This document shows, one piece after another, positions 1 to 10,875 of a DNA stretch of 64,000 nt. Numbering within the stretch: the first letter of the stretch is position 1; every line of letters starts with the position of its first letter. The position numbers and the translations under genes are program-made. This DNA comes from Synechococcales cyanobacterium OTE_75_metabat_409 (GTDB lineage Bacteria > Cyanobacteriota > Cyanobacteriia > Cyanobacteriales > Chamaesiphonaceae), in contig JANNEH010000124.1 of NCBI GenBank assembly GCA_031378405.1, positions 186 through 64,185 of the forward strand, written 5' to 3'. Below the pieces are notes generated by a model. It was not told where the DNA came from, searched no databases, and saw only the letters and a program-made list of their open reading frames with translations.

Positions 1-223
1 CCCGAGAACTACTCACCGCAATTTTTAATCCGATGCGTAGTCGATAGCTGGAAACGCCCAAACCTAGAAATAGCGCAAACAGGAATGAAGCAATACGTTG
101 ATTTATATCACTCTCAGCGGGCACAAGAATCAATTCTCCATTTTCGAGTTCATAGCGCTGATTCGTACCGTCATCATAAGCCAAAAAATCTGCCAGCGTC
201 ATCTTAGCAATTGTGGCAGTCAT
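1..223 (-). CDS. Uma2 (DUF820) family endonuclease, N-terminal part; the gene continues past the left window edge
   Basis: Hand translation from the ATG at 223 gives MTATIAKMTLADFLAYDDGTNQRYELENGELILVPAESDINQRIASFLF..., a typical Uma2 N-terminus (compare the complete copy at 27571..28284). It is absent from the ORF track because it is open at the window edge. Confidence 0.6.
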   Translation of the reverse strand, partial: MTATIAKMTLADFLAYDDGTNQRYELENGELILVPAESDINQRIASFLFALFLGLGVSSYRLRIGLKIAVSSSR

Positions 224-230
224 AAGCACC

Positions 231-638
231 TCAAACGTCTGTTTGCTCTTCTAATCTGGTGATTCTTCCACGGTCGGCCTGATTGTCTCTAATGACGATG
301 CCAACAATTTGTTTTAGATCGGCAATATCGTTTTCTAACCGATCGAGGTTTCTGGATGTGTTGGCAGATAACTTGAGGGCTTCCGCTGCCAGCTCTAAAG
401 AACTCGCTACCGTTTCAGTATTGTAGGAAATGCTTTCCCGCATCATCTCGATATTTCGGGCTTGGCTGTCAGTACTATCTCTTAATGTGGCAAAGCCTTC
501 TAGCATAACTCGCCCTTGGGTTTCTACTGTGGTTCTCAGCTCTCTAATGGCTTCGGCATTGGCGCGGGCTTCGGCTGAGTTGTTGGCGGTCGATGTGGCC
601 AAGCTAGCCACCAATGTTCTTAGTTCTTCATCAGTCAT
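231..638 (-). CDS. hypothetical coiled-coil protein
   Basis: 135-aa ORF with a heptad-like, Ala/Glu/Arg-rich sequence. It ends 8 nt upstream of the Uma2 start. I recognise no family. Confidence 0.5.
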   Translation of the reverse strand: MTDEELRTLVASLATSTANNSAEARANAEAIRELRTTVETQGRVMLEGFATLRDSTDSQARNIEMMRESISYNTETVASSLELAAEALKLSANTSRNLDRLENDIADLKQIVGIVIRDNQADRGRITRLEEQTDV

Positions 639-746
639 AGGATGTTACCCTCCATTTATGTACTTAATTATATGGGAACTTCAACCTGGTCAATAGGAAT
701 CCTGGAGAAATCGCCATTTGCATTGAGAGTTAAAAATACGCCGTAA

Positions 747-1832
747 TCAAATCTTTTTAGTTTGATCGAAACCCAAAGGCAAATAGCCCTGCACCAAAAG
801 ATCTTTGCCGATCGATCTAAAACTCACCCGCTCCAATTCCAAAGCCCCAGTCATTTGGGTAATCCCTAGATCCCCCACCGGCTGCGGCGCATTTATCCCA
901 CCCACAATCTTGGGTGCCACAAAAGCCAATACCTTTTGCACCGTACCTTCCCTGATCGCTGCCGCCGCCAAAGTGCCACCACATTCCCATAGCACTGATA
1001 AACAACCTCGATCGAACAACTCCTGCATTACTACCGTCGGACTAGGGCTCTCGGTTACCAAAACTTCTACATTGCAGGCCATCAATTTTTTTTGCAACTC
1101 AACATTGGCCTGCTTACCAGTCACTACCAACGTCGCTGCTAGTTTCGTATCCCAGAGCTGAGCTGATTCTGGCAAATTAAAACTCGGACTCAATACCACT
1201 CGCAAAGGATTGGGTCGATCAAGATGATGACTAGTCATCAACGGATCATCCCGACGCAGAGTATTACCACCAGTCACAATTGCGTCACAAGTCGATCGCA
1301 GATAATGCACATATTCTCGCGACTCCGGGCTACTCACCCAAGCACTATGACCAGTATCCGTAGCAATCTTTCCATCCAAAGTCATCGCATATTTCAAAAT
1401 ACCAAAAGGTCGCTGGTGTAACATGCGATGAGTAAAAGCCTCATTTAGCTCCTCACAGGCAGCAGCTTCTATCCCAGTCACCACCTCAACTCCTGCCTGT
1501 CGTAGTTTCTCTAAACCACTCCCCGCTACCAGCGGATTAGGATCGACCATGCCCACTACTACTCGCCGAATACCCGCCGCAATTACTGCATCACTACAAG
1601 GCGGGGTACGCCCATAGTGGTTACAGGGTTCTAAACTCACATAAATAGTTGCTCCCTGCGCTAATGCTCCAGCTTGCCGTAAGGCAAACACTTCAGCATG
1701 TGGCTGACCAGCGCCGGGATGAAAGCTCTCTCCAATGATTGAGCCATCCCTAACTACCACTGCACCCACCATCGGGTTGGGCGCAGTGCGACCCTCAGCC
1801 CTGCGAGCTAGAGCGATACAGCGCTGCATCAT
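747..1832 (-). CDS. ribD: bifunctional riboflavin biosynthesis protein RibD (pyrimidine deaminase / uracil reductase)
   Basis: Cytidine-deaminase zinc motifs HAEV...PCNHYGRTPPC are followed by the reductase domain (KYAMTLDGKIA...). The start is trimmed to the ATG-ATG at 1832 because the 455-aa track ORF runs through tRNA-Cys. The GTG at 1859 is an alternative start. Confidence 0.9.
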   Translation of the reverse strand: MMQRCIALARRAEGRTAPNPMVGAVVVRDGSIIGESFHPGAGQPHAEVFALRQAGALAQGATIYVSLEPCNHYGRTPPCSDAVIAAGIRRVVVGMVDPNPLVAGSGLEKLRQAGVEVVTGIEAAACEELNEAFTHRMLHQRPFGILKYAMTLDGKIATDTGHSAWVSSPESREYVHYLRSTCDAIVTGGNTLRRDDPLMTSHHLDRPNPLRVVLSPSFNLPESAQLWDTKLAATLVVTGKQANVELQKKLMACNVEVLVTESPSPTVVMQELFDRGCLSVLWECGGTLAAAAIREGTVQKVLAFVAPKIVGGINAPQPVGDLGITQMTGALELERVSFRSIGKDLLVQGYLPLGFDQTKKI

Positions 1833-1889
1833 CTCTTGGTCTAGGGAAAAGTCGCTCACGGAAATATCCCAAATTGGGTTTGAAAATAA

Positions 1890-1960
<71 letters not shown>

Positions 1961-2088
1961 GCCGAGGACTCAGTATAACAAGTTTTAGCCAATTTGACCA
2001 AATATTTGCACCAAATTTTGGCTTGATCATTTTGTGCTGGAGACAATAGAGGCTAAAATTCGATCGAACCTCCAGTGCCCTGCCGATT

Positions 2089-2487
2089 ATGACCAGAGAA
2101 ATTATCACCACCAATCAAGCCCCAGCCCCCGTAGGGCCTTACAACCAAGCGATCGCTGCCAGCGGCAAAATGCTGTTTGTCTCGGGGCAGATTTCGATCG
2201 ATCCCAGCAGCAATCAGTTAGTCCACACTGGCGATGTGGTGCAGCAGACCGAGCTGGTGATGGCCAACCTCGCTGCTATTTTAAAACAGGCCGGAGCCTC
2301 TTGGCCGGATGTGGTCAAAACCGGGGTGTTTCTGAAAGATATGAACGATTTTGCAGCCATGAATGAGGTCTATAGCAAATACTTTGATGCTGCTACCGCC
2401 CCCGCCCGCGCCTGCGTAGAAGTAGCCCGACTGCCCAAAGATGTCTTGGTAGAAATCGACTGTATTGCTGTGATTCCTGATGCCTGA
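2089..2487 (+). CDS. ridA: RidA/YjgF family reactive-intermediate deaminase
   Basis: The 132-aa protein ([12 protein letters not shown]...LFVSGQI...[19 protein letters not shown]) shows the YjgF/L-PSP signature. Confidence 0.85.
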   Translation: MTREIITTNQAPAPVGPYNQAIAASGKMLFVSGQISIDPSSNQLVHTGDVVQQTELVMANLAAILKQAGASWPDVVKTGVFLKDMNDFAAMNEVYSKYFDAATAPARACVEVARLPKDVLVEIDCIAVIPDA

Positions 2488-3427
2488 GTATTCTCTAGTC
2501 ATTCCGGTCTATAACGAAACCGCCAATATCCCAGAGCTATATCGGCGGTTGAGTGCGGTGATGGATCAGTTGCCAGCACCGGGGGAAATTATTTTTGTGA
2601 ATGATGGCAGCAGCGATCGCACTCTAGAGGCTCTACGCGACTTATATCTGCAAGATCAGCGGGTGGGCTATGTGAGCCTAGCCCGCAATTTTGGTCACCA
2701 AATTGCGGTTACTGCCGGATTACAACACAGCCAAGGACGCGCAGTGATGGTGCTGGATGCCGACTTGCAAGATCCGCCAGAGCTAATTCCCGAAATGTTG
2801 AAACTCTGGCAAGATGGTTATCAGGTTATTTATGCCCAGCGGACTCGTCGTCACCGAGAGACTTGGTTCAAAAAAGTTAGTGCCTATCTTTTTTATCGTT
2901 TACTACAGCTTTTGGCCGATGTCGATATTCCCACTGATACCGGGGACTTTTGTTTGATGGATCGGCAGGTGGTAGATTTATTAAATGCGATGCCAGAACG
3001 CAATCGCTATTTGCGTGGGCTGCGATCTTGGGTGGGTTTTCGTCAGACAGCTTTGTTGTTCGATCGAGAGCCGCGTTTTGCTGGAGATGTAAAGTACACC
3101 TTCACCAAGTCTTTGACCTTAGCACTGAATGGGTTAGCTTCTTTTTCCCAGGTGCCGCTGCGGTTATCGATTTATTTAGGGCTGTTTTCAGCATTTTTAT
3201 CGATCATCATGGCCGGTTTGGTGCTCTATTGGCGCTTGGTGACTCCTCGATCGCCTTTGAATGGCACAGCGACAATTGCGATCGCGATTTTTTTCTTGGG
3301 GGCTGTGCAGTTATTTAGCATTGGTATTTTAGGTGAATATATCGGGCGAATTTATGAGGAAGTAAAAGGTCGCCCACTATATACGGTGGCGGAGGTACGC
3401 AGGCATGACGACGACTTAAAGATATAG
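2480..3427 (+). CDS. family 2 glycosyltransferase (polyprenyl-phosphate glycosyltransferase, ArnC/DPM1-like) with two C-terminal TM helices
   Basis: [10 protein letters not shown]...VNDGSSDRT...[11 protein letters not shown] motifs plus a C-terminal hydrophobic pair. It overlaps the end of ridA by 8 nt. Confidence 0.85.
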   Translation: MPEYSLVIPVYNETANIPELYRRLSAVMDQLPAPGEIIFVNDGSSDRTLEALRDLYLQDQRVGYVSLARNFGHQIAVTAGLQHSQGRAVMVLDADLQDPPELIPEMLKLWQDGYQVIYAQRTRRHRETWFKKVSAYLFYRLLQLLADVDIPTDTGDFCLMDRQVVDLLNAMPERNRYLRGLRSWVGFRQTALLFDREPRFAGDVKYTFTKSLTLALNGLASFSQVPLRLSIYLGLFSAFLSIIMAGLVLYWRLVTPRSPLNGTATIAIAIFFLGAVQLFSIGILGEYIGRIYEEVKGRPLYTVAEVRRHDDDLKI

Positions 3428-3437
3428 CAATTTCTGT

Positions 3438-5402
3438 TTAACCACCTACGTGAATACCCGGTCTTCTTTCTGAATCTGGCTCTGCCCGCCGAATTACTTC
3501 GCGAGTTACTACAGCAGTATCACCTTCACCAAATAGCAAGAACCGCATTAAATATTGAATGGGATTACCTTCCACCCAACCAAAGTAAGCATGGGGATAT
3601 TTATTGTTATCAGACTGATCGCGGATATTTAGCAAGATTGCGGCGATTGTGTTAGGTACTGCTGCTCCCTTGGCGCGCAGAATGCGATAGTTGCCCACTT
3701 GGACACCCTCCACCGTGATATTTTCGACAAATTGCGAGGCATCAGAAACCTTGATTTCCAAAAAGAGTATGGGGTCAGAAGCGGGTATGTGGTTATCTTC
3801 CCGGACTTCTTTTTCTTTTTCGTAATACTCTGCTTCGTCGCCAGTATTCCGGCGGTTGGCAATAATCCGAATTGTTCGATCCCGCTCTTCATGAATAAAA
3901 TGTAGTGCCGCTTCATCCATATCGATTTTTTCTACCCGCAGCTCCGTTGATCGCAGTACTCGGGAAACTAATGAAGTGATTACCACTGCACCAATAAACA
4001 TCCCGGCAATTTTGACCCCATCAGGCCGCTCGATTACATTAACAACTGTGGTGTAGAAAAATACCAAAGTAATTAGGCCAAACATCAATACCTTGGGCAT
4101 CGATCGAGTGCGACTATTCCACACCGATAGCGTCACCGCATAAGCTGCCGAACTCATAAGTACCAATACGCCCGTTGCATAGGCACCGCCTTGAGCATCT
4201 ACATCGGCATTGAAAATAATCGTCACAATAAAGGCAACGGTCGTAAAAACCAATACCAGCGGACGGCTAGCCCGTGCCCAAGCCGGAGCCATGCCATAGC
4301 GCGGTAGATAGCGGGGCACAATGTTTAACAATCCGGCCATCGCCGAAGCCCCCGCAAACCACAGAATCGCGATGGTACTTAGGTCATATACTGTCCCATA
4401 AGCATCTCCCAAATAGTTCTGACTCAAATAAGCCAATGCTCGCCCATAGGCTTTTCCACCTTTGGCAAATTCGGCTGCTGGAATGAGCAAAGTAGTAACC
4501 AAGCTACTCGTCATCAGGAAAAAGCTCATGATCACAGCAGCGATCGTCAGTAGCTTGTAGGTGTTTTTGATTCTGCCGATCGGGTTATCTTCGGTTTCAT
4601 TATGGTAACCCTGTACCAAAGGCATTACTGCCACCCCGGTCTCGAATCCAGATAAGCCTAATGCCAATTTAGGAAACAGCAGTGCCGATATGCCAATAAC
4701 GCCAAAAATATCTCGGGGCAGATTGTTTTCACCCATAAATAACTTGGCCTGCCACTGTCCCCAAGCCTCGGGATGTTGCAGTAAATGATAAAAACCAGTA
4801 CCAATGGTGATTAAATTTAAGCCTAAATAAACAAATACCAAAACCACTGCAATGCCGATCGCTTCTTTAAAACCCTTAAGAAAGACACCTGCCAACAGCG
4901 AAATTAATAGCAAGGTGATCAACAGCGCTAAAAACTTCGGATCTAGGTGTTGCTCCTTAATAATGTGGTGAACATAAGAGTTTTCAACGACGTGGGCAGC
5001 AGCATCAGCCGCCGACAAAGTGATGGTAATAATAAAATCGGTGGCCACAAACCCCAACAAACACAGCACAAATAGTTTGCCCTGCCACCAAGAGAGTAGC
5101 TGTGCCAAAATTGAAATCGAACCTTCCCCATGGGGGCTAAGTGTTGCCACCCGTCGATAAATGGGCAACGCCCCAAACAGAGTTAGCAAGATTAAGATGA
5201 AGGTAGCGATCGGGGACAGTGCGCCAGCAGCCAATGCTGCAATTCCAGGCTGATACCCTAGAGTGGAAAAATAATCTACCCCCGTCAAGCACATCACCTG
5301 CCACCAAGTATGGGTCTGATGATTTTGTGGCTCCGCGTTAGTTGGACGTTCTTCATTGACTAACCAGCGGCCTATTTGCTTGGAAATTGCAGTAAAAGGC
5401 AT
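3438..5402 (-). CDS. APC-superfamily amino-acid-transporter-like membrane protein with a ~200-aa cytosolic C-terminal domain
   Basis: About 12 hydrophobic segments are followed by a soluble tail. The start is set at the ATG (MPFTAISKQ...); the track start at 5486 is a TTG. Confidence 0.7.
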   Translation of the reverse strand: MPFTAISKQIGRWLVNEERPTNAEPQNHQTHTWWQVMCLTGVDYFSTLGYQPGIAALAAGALSPIATFILILLTLFGALPIYRRVATLSPHGEGSISILAQLLSWWQGKLFVLCLLGFVATDFIITITLSAADAAAHVVENSYVHHIIKEQHLDPKFLALLITLLLISLLAGVFLKGFKEAIGIAVVLVFVYLGLNLITIGTGFYHLLQHPEAWGQWQAKLFMGENNLPRDIFGVIGISALLFPKLALGLSGFETGVAVMPLVQGYHNETEDNPIGRIKNTYKLLTIAAVIMSFFLMTSSLVTTLLIPAAEFAKGGKAYGRALAYLSQNYLGDAYGTVYDLSTIAILWFAGASAMAGLLNIVPRYLPRYGMAPAWARASRPLVLVFTTVAFIVTIIFNADVDAQGGAYATGVLVLMSSAAYAVTLSVWNSRTRSMPKVLMFGLITLVFFYTTVVNVIERPDGVKIAGMFIGAVVITSLVSRVLRSTELRVEKIDMDEAALHFIHEERDRTIRIIANRRNTGDEAEYYEKEKEVREDNHIPASDPILFLEIKVSDASQFVENITVEGVQVGNYRILRAKGAAVPNTIAAILLNIRDQSDNNKYPHAYFGWVEGNPIQYLMRFLLFGEGDTAVVTREVIRRAEPDSERRPGIHVGG

Positions 5403-5593
5403 ATTGAATTTTCTGTTAGAATTGGCATTCTCACCGGACAATGGCACCCAGTAAGGGCTGTACGCTGGAATATAAATTTTTGTCAACTCGCAGTATAGCC
5501 TGATCAGATCGCCATTGCAGCAGTTGATCGCATGAAGTCGGCAAATTTCCTCGATAAATTTTTGCTAATCGAAGATTCACACCGGCCAAATAC

Positions 5594-7144
5594 TCAGTGA
5601 TAGTCACCCCCAGAACCGAATTGCCATGCATTGCGCCGACAAGCCCAGCGGTATTGCTGCTGAATACTGCTGTTTTGGCCAGGAATCCACTGGCCAAGCT
5701 GGTTAAGTAAACTGTAACCGCCTAAGTTAGCAAAATGTCCAGCCCAATCGATGAGCGTACCCAGGCCAACTTGCTGCACGATCTTGGCTACCAAAATTGG
5801 ATCGGCTACCATCATTGCCAACATAGTCTGAGATAGTGCCGGGAACTGCACAATATCCTGTAAAAATGGTCGCAACACCGGATCACCTAGCTTCTGCATC
5901 GCGGTAAAGGTAGTGGAAAGTAGTTGATTAATCCTGTCAGCTTCCACCTGTTGACCCACACCTACACTCATGGATTTTTGAAACAACCAAGTCACTGATA
6001 AATTTGGTTGGTAGGGCTGAAGCGATCGCAGATCTACTGCTGTCAAAAAGTCCTGAGTCAAGCATTCTTGAATTCCCTCAGTCAGCCGCACCAAATGACG
6101 CATCATTGCCCCAAAGCCCCCAAAACTCAAGGGTGACTGCATCCCACTGCTATCTCCCACCTGGAGCACCCTAGACCAGGGAGTTTGCAAGGGCGATTTT
6201 TGGTAGGCCGGGAAAAAGCCCATCAGTATTCGCTGAAACTTCACTTCGGCTAAATCAACTTCTTGATACTGGGGTAACCGAGAGAGGTAGTCTTCTAACA
6301 ATTCACTGAAACTCGGACGCTGGGGATCAGCATCTGCGTAGGTGAACATATAGGTAGTGCGACCATCACGGGCCGGAAAAGCTTCCCAGAAATATTGGCA
6401 CTGGTTCTGAATTGGGGCAAAGGTATAGATCAAGTCGCCATAATCTTTTGGGGGTAATCCTTGGGCGCAGCTCCCCACCACCATACAGACCCCTTCGGGT
6501 TTGAGATCGCCTTGGGTGATTGATCGAGCCTGTTGAGCGATCGGTGAAAAGTGACCCATCACATCCAGTAGTAACCTGGCCTTCACCGTTACCTGGTTAG
6601 TTCCTTCCAGGACTACTCCGTCGGGATGGACTGCGGCTCGATCGAAGCCAATCTGTTCCAATAATTTGCCCCCAGCAACCAAGAATTTTTCCTTCAAAGT
6701 AGCCAATAAAAATACCGGGTCAACCCCAATATTCAAAATATCTTTGACCCACAGCTCAATGCCCCCATGAAAGCCAACGCGGGCGGGGTTATAAGCGGTA
6801 GCGATCGCCTGCTCTAATTCCTCTGAACTCAACAAATCCAATTCTAGTAAAGCATCTAGCTCTTTTCGCGAAATATTCCACTCTTGAGCACGACCTTGCA
6901 GTTGGCCTTGTTCCAATAACACCACTCGCCAGCCCCGTAGTTGCAAAGCACAACCAATAAAAATTCCCAAGGTGCCGCCGCAGATCACCACATCGCAATC
7001 TAAGTCACCCAACTTGCTGTCTTCGGTTTGGATGCGCTGAGAGACTGGCTGAGACAAGTTGCGGTACTCTTGCCAAAATCGATCGATCCTTTGCAGTTGA
7101 CCAGGCAGTTCAGCAGGTAGTTTAGCGGTAGCAATTAAAGACAT
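5594..7144 (-). CDS. FAD-dependent oxidoreductase, lycopene-cyclase-family (CruP-like)
   Basis: N-terminal Rossmann dinucleotide motif DVVICGGTLGIFIGCAL...VVLLE. The size and overall look resemble cyanobacterial CruP. The family assignment is from memory only. Confidence 0.55.
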   Translation of the reverse strand: MSLIATAKLPAELPGQLQRIDRFWQEYRNLSQPVSQRIQTEDSKLGDLDCDVVICGGTLGIFIGCALQLRGWRVVLLEQGQLQGRAQEWNISRKELDALLELDLLSSEELEQAIATAYNPARVGFHGGIELWVKDILNIGVDPVFLLATLKEKFLVAGGKLLEQIGFDRAAVHPDGVVLEGTNQVTVKARLLLDVMGHFSPIAQQARSITQGDLKPEGVCMVVGSCAQGLPPKDYGDLIYTFAPIQNQCQYFWEAFPARDGRTTYMFTYADADPQRPSFSELLEDYLSRLPQYQEVDLAEVKFQRILMGFFPAYQKSPLQTPWSRVLQVGDSSGMQSPLSFGGFGAMMRHLVRLTEGIQECLTQDFLTAVDLRSLQPYQPNLSVTWLFQKSMSVGVGQQVEADRINQLLSTTFTAMQKLGDPVLRPFLQDIVQFPALSQTMLAMMVADPILVAKIVQQVGLGTLIDWAGHFANLGGYSLLNQLGQWIPGQNSSIQQQYRWACRRNAWQFGSGGDYH

Positions 7145-7231
7145 GAAAACAAGGAGAAGGTTTTATCATTTTGACAGGTCACCTTCTCAAATGCACAAAA
7201 ATGGCATCACTGTTAGAACCAGCGCTAAACC

Positions 7232-8236
7232 CTAGTTGGATTCAGGCAACATTACAACCGCACCATTAAAGGCAGCTAGACGACAAGCATCAGCTACCCA
7301 TAAGCTATCCACACTCGCTCCGGGCTTAACATAGTTGGCTTGGTTATCAAAAAAGTGAGCCAGAGCATAATTCAGATCTTGGACAAACATTCCCCTGCGC
7401 GCACCTAGCTCGATCGAGGTCTGTTCTTTGCCCACAATTAAAGTGCCTTGGTCACCATCAAAAACCATTGCTCCCAAATCTCCTTGCACTTCAAAGCGCC
7501 GGGAAGCAGCCCAGATTTGTTGGCCTTTGCCATAGGCTATTTCCGCAAACAGGCCGTTCGCAAATTTGAGCTGAGCCGTGCAAAGCAAAGTATGGAAATA
7601 GTCTTGGTCATCTAAGCCCCAATATTTTTCTTGGCAGCTTACTCGATCGACTTTACCAAATAAATCAGTAAACCGATGTAGCCGCGAAAGGGCAGCGGTT
7701 AAAGGAAAGCCAAACTGTTGCTGTTGATAACTCCATTTGCGTGGGACCGGATTTTGGGGAGTTAGGGTGCTGTAGCGGGCATAGTAAGGTTTGCCAATTT
7801 TAGGTAGCCATTCGGTCATGGTTTGGTGGAGTGAACCCAATAGCTCAATATGCTCCACATGCAGAAACAACTGTCGATCGGCAGCTAAGATCAAAATTTC
7901 TTCGGCTTCTTGAGGTTCTAGTGCCAACGGGTATTCCACAATTACATGGCGCAGGGCTTCGATCGCGGCTTTGGCGATCGGGCCGTGCAGGTCGTTGGTA
8001 GAGCAAATAATTACCATGTCTATATCGGGCATGGCGACGAGTTCTTGCCAACTGGGTACTGCTTTGCAGTTGAATTCACTGGCAAATGCTTGGGCGCGTT
8101 CTGGGTCGGCGCTGGCGATCGCGACTAATTCGGTGCGACTATCATCGACGATTGATTGGGCGCGAATTTTGGCGGCAAAGCCGGTGCCAACAATGCCAAC
8201 CCGCAGGGGCTGACGGACATATCTATAAAGACTCAA
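7232..8236 (-). CDS. bvdR: biliverdin reductase (Gfo/Idh/MocA fold)
   Basis: Motifs RVGIVGTGFAA, HVIVEYPLAL, LHVEHIELLG, YARYST, FGFP and ALSRLHRFTDLFG match my recollection of Synechocystis BvdR. The start is a TTG. Confidence 0.7.
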   Translation of the reverse strand: MSLYRYVRQPLRVGIVGTGFAAKIRAQSIVDDSRTELVAIASADPERAQAFASEFNCKAVPSWQELVAMPDIDMVIICSTNDLHGPIAKAAIEALRHVIVEYPLALEPQEAEEILILAADRQLFLHVEHIELLGSLHQTMTEWLPKIGKPYYARYSTLTPQNPVPRKWSYQQQQFGFPLTAALSRLHRFTDLFGKVDRVSCQEKYWGLDDQDYFHTLLCTAQLKFANGLFAEIAYGKGQQIWAASRRFEVQGDLGAMVFDGDQGTLIVGKEQTSIELGARRGMFVQDLNYALAHFFDNQANYVKPGASVDSLWVADACRLAAFNGAVVMLPESN

Positions 8237-8365
8237 AATATCTAGACCTAGCTGAAATCTGTGCCCTCATTATCGGTCAAATCGATCGCCAGAAGAATCT
8301 GCTTTTTTGGTTTCTTGTGGCTAGTTTGCTTTGGGGGATAAGGTAAACTGGTCGAAGTAAGGTTA

Positions 8366-8830
8366 GTGAGGCTAATTTGTATGACAATTTCGCCACTGGT
8401 TAAGAATTCTCATTCTGTTACTGTCCTAGACTTGAAGAGCGGCAAACGGAATCCTGTGATCGGGGATTTTGATTTTCCAGAGGGGTTGCCTACGGCAGAT
8501 GAGTTACCTTGTTCGGATGCTAAGTTTCAGCTTTACAAGTTGATTGAGGGTGAGTATGTGTTACAGAGTGCCGGTCAGAAGCCTTATTGGATGCCAGAAA
8601 TTGGTTTGGCAATCGGTGCAGAGAAGCGAGCTTATGGTGCTATGGAGCGGGAATGGCTTTATTGGTATGACGAAAATGAGGCGAGGTATCCTACTCCGAC
8701 GGAAAGAGCTGAGGCTGTATCTCAACAGTTTCAAAATGAAGCGGCTGCAAGGATTGCTGTTGGACAAGAAAATAATGTTTTGCGAGAAAAGTTGAGGGAG
8801 TTGGGGATAGATCCAGATTCGATTTCCTGA
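8366..8830 (+). CDS. hypothetical protein resembling only the C-terminal half and tail of Uma2 endonucleases (likely a remnant)
   Basis: It ends in ...NNVLREKLRELGIDPDSIS, like the tail of the Uma2 at 27571..28284 (ALRAKLRELGLL). The PD-(D/E)xK core is absent. Codon third positions are G/T-rich. Confidence 0.4.
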   Translation: MRLICMTISPLVKNSHSVTVLDLKSGKRNPVIGDFDFPEGLPTADELPCSDAKFQLYKLIEGEYVLQSAGQKPYWMPEIGLAIGAEKRAYGAMEREWLYWYDENEARYPTPTERAEAVSQQFQNEAAARIAVGQENNVLREKLRELGIDPDSIS

Positions 8831-8844
8831 GCAGATCTGGAAAT

Positions 8845-10875
8845 TCATTCAGTAGCGCCTAGCTTTTGTAATGCTTCGATCGCCAACTGTAAATTTTGAG
8901 TGTTTCCCTGCTCTCGAAATAACCGTGCAGCTTGACGGAAATCTTGGATGGCTCCTGCTCGATCGTTCAGTTTATCTTTTTTCAGAAGGGCACGATTGTA
9001 GTAGGCTGTGGAATCTTTTGGGTTAAAGAGGATGGCTTGCTTGTAATCAGCCAGTGCTCCCTGTATATCATTCAGCTTATCTTCTTTCAGAATGGCGCGA
9101 TTGTTGTAGGCATCGGAAAATTTAGGGTTAAGGAGGATGGCCTGGTTGTAATCAGCCAGCGCTCCCTGTATATCATTCAGCTTATTTGCTTTCAGATTGG
9201 CGCGATTGTAGTAGGCTGTGGAATCTTTTGGGTTAAGGAGGATGGCTTGATTGTAATCAGCCAGCGCTCCCTGTATATCATTCAGCTTCTCATCTTTCAG
9301 AAGGGCGCGATTGTTATAGGCTGCGGAATATTTTGGGTTAATGAAGATGGCTTGGTTATAATCAGCCAGTGCTCCCTGTCTATCATTCAGCTTATTTTTT
9401 TTCAGATTGGCGCGATTGTAGTAGGCATCGGAAAATTTAGGGTTAAAGAGGATGGCTTGGTTGTAATCAGCCAGCGCTCCCTGTATATTATCCAGCTTCT
9501 CATCTTTCAGAAGGGCGCGATTGTAGTAGGCTAAGAAAATTTTAGGGTTAAGGAGGATGGCTTGGTTGTAATCAACCAGCGCTCCCTGTATATCATTCAG
9601 CTTATTTGCTTTCAGGTTGGCGCGATTATTGTAAGCTGCGGGATGTTTAGGGTTAAGGAGGATGGCTTGATTGACATCAGCCAGCGCTCCCTGTATGTCA
9701 TTCAGCTTATCTGCCTTCAGACTGGCGCGATTGTTGTAGGCTTCGGAAAATTTAGGGTTAAGGAGGATGGCTTGGTTGTAATCAGCCAGCGCTCCTTGTA
9801 TGTCATTTAGCTTATCTGCCTTCAGACTGGCGCGATTGTTGTAGGCTTCGGAAAATTTAGGGTTAAGGAAGATGGCTTGGTTGTAATCAGCCAGTGACTG
9901 CTGAAACCCTTGGACTTGTCCGTATGCATAGGCTCTCAAAAAGTAGGCATGTTGATATTTAGGATTCAGCCGAATCGCCGTGCTGAATTCTTGAATAGCT
10001 TGTTGTTTTCCAGCCACCACGTTATCACCAGGCTCTACCAATTTATTAAACCCAGCGATAAAGTACTCATCGGCAGTGGTTGGCACTTGGGAACGTGCAG
10101 CTCTGATGCCAGAAATAGAGCGTTCTGTTCCTAAATTAATTCCTACTTCAGCTAGATTCTGCACCAGCCAGCGGACGGGGATACCTCTGTTGAATCCTAT
10201 TTTGTTACCGACTTCAGACTTATCATCAAGGTAGGTGTTCTCTTTATATCGATCGCCATACCCATGAATAGCTACTAATTGACCACTACTATTAAATACC
10301 CCACCCCCACTCATTCCGGGTAAGGTAAAGGCATTATAAATAATAGTGTAGCCGCCACCATCACCCGTTAAGCGCTTATTAACTACTGCGATCGCCTTTC
10401 CCTCACCAAAGGTAAATCCTGGTTGTGTAAAAGGAAACCCAGCCGTAAAAACCTCATCCTCAGTCTTCAGATTTCCTGGCACTGCCATTTTCGCAACTGC
10501 ATAATTACGATTACTGCGAAATTGGATAATTGCCAAATCTAAATCATTGCCCAACAACCTAATACTTGAGGCTTTGACTCGATACTGCTGGCCATCAGCC
10601 AGACCCAAATTATAACTTTCTCCTGCTGGAATCTCAGTACAACGCCGATCGCCGCAAACCACATGTCCATTGGTCACAAGTGTATAAAGATCACCTTTTT
10701 TATTGATGATTACTCCAGAACCCACACTCCCATCTTGCTGCAACTTGATCTCTACTGCTACCGATCGAGCAATAGCTTCGACTTCAGATGCTGATTTTGC
10801 CGCAGCCACTGGCTGAACTAATGCTACCGTTGTGCCCATAAGTGCAGCAGTCAAAAACCAAGAAGTGCGATACAT
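8845..10875 (-). CDS. secreted trypsin-like (S1) serine protease fused to a long TPR-like repeat domain
   Basis: Signal peptide, then catalytic-triad contexts TNGHVV, DLDLAII and GMSGGGV, then about 10 TPR-like units. Confidence 0.85.
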   Translation of the reverse strand: MYRTSWFLTAALMGTTVALVQPVAAAKSASEVEAIARSVAVEIKLQQDGSVGSGVIINKKGDLYTLVTNGHVVCGDRRCTEIPAGESYNLGLADGQQYRVKASSIRLLGNDLDLAIIQFRSNRNYAVAKMAVPGNLKTEDEVFTAGFPFTQPGFTFGEGKAIAVVNKRLTGDGGGYTIIYNAFTLPGMSGGGVFNSSGQLVAIHGYGDRYKENTYLDDKSEVGNKIGFNRGIPVRWLVQNLAEVGINLGTERSISGIRAARSQVPTTADEYFIAGFNKLVEPGDNVVAGKQQAIQEFSTAIRLNPKYQHAYFLRAYAYGQVQGFQQSLADYNQAIFLNPKFSEAYNNRASLKADKLNDIQGALADYNQAILLNPKFSEAYNNRASLKADKLNDIQGALADVNQAILLNPKHPAAYNNRANLKANKLNDIQGALVDYNQAILLNPKIFLAYYNRALLKDEKLDNIQGALADYNQAILFNPKFSDAYYNRANLKKNKLNDRQGALADYNQAIFINPKYSAAYNNRALLKDEKLNDIQGALADYNQAILLNPKDSTAYYNRANLKANKLNDIQGALADYNQAILLNPKFSDAYNNRAILKEDKLNDIQGALADYKQAILFNPKDSTAYYNRALLKKDKLNDRAGAIQDFRQAARLFREQGNTQNLQLAIEALQKLGATE
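8902..9846. repeat. nine tandem 105-bp (35-codon) near-identical repeats inside the protease gene
   Basis: Units AYNNRASLKADKLNDIQGALADYNQAILLNPKFSE start at residues 344, 379, 414 ... 624. The DNA motif gatggcttggttgtaatcagccagcgctccctgtatatcattcagc recurs every 105 nt. Confidence 0.9.

Noticed and set aside
805-1421. Antisense and alternative-frame ORFs inside ribD (805..1161, 817..1005, 1224..1421). Similar nested ORFs occur inside most large genes in the track.
   Set aside because: They lie entirely within genes that have strong homology in another frame, and they have biased composition and no independent support.
8932-9810. Long plus-strand ORFs (8932..9534 and 9562..9810) with their own internal repeats; also considered whether the periodic array could be a CRISPR.
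   Set aside because: They are mirror images of the minus-strand TPR-like repeats. The period is 105 bp with no unique spacers, and the minus-strand frame encodes a coherent protease-TPR protein.
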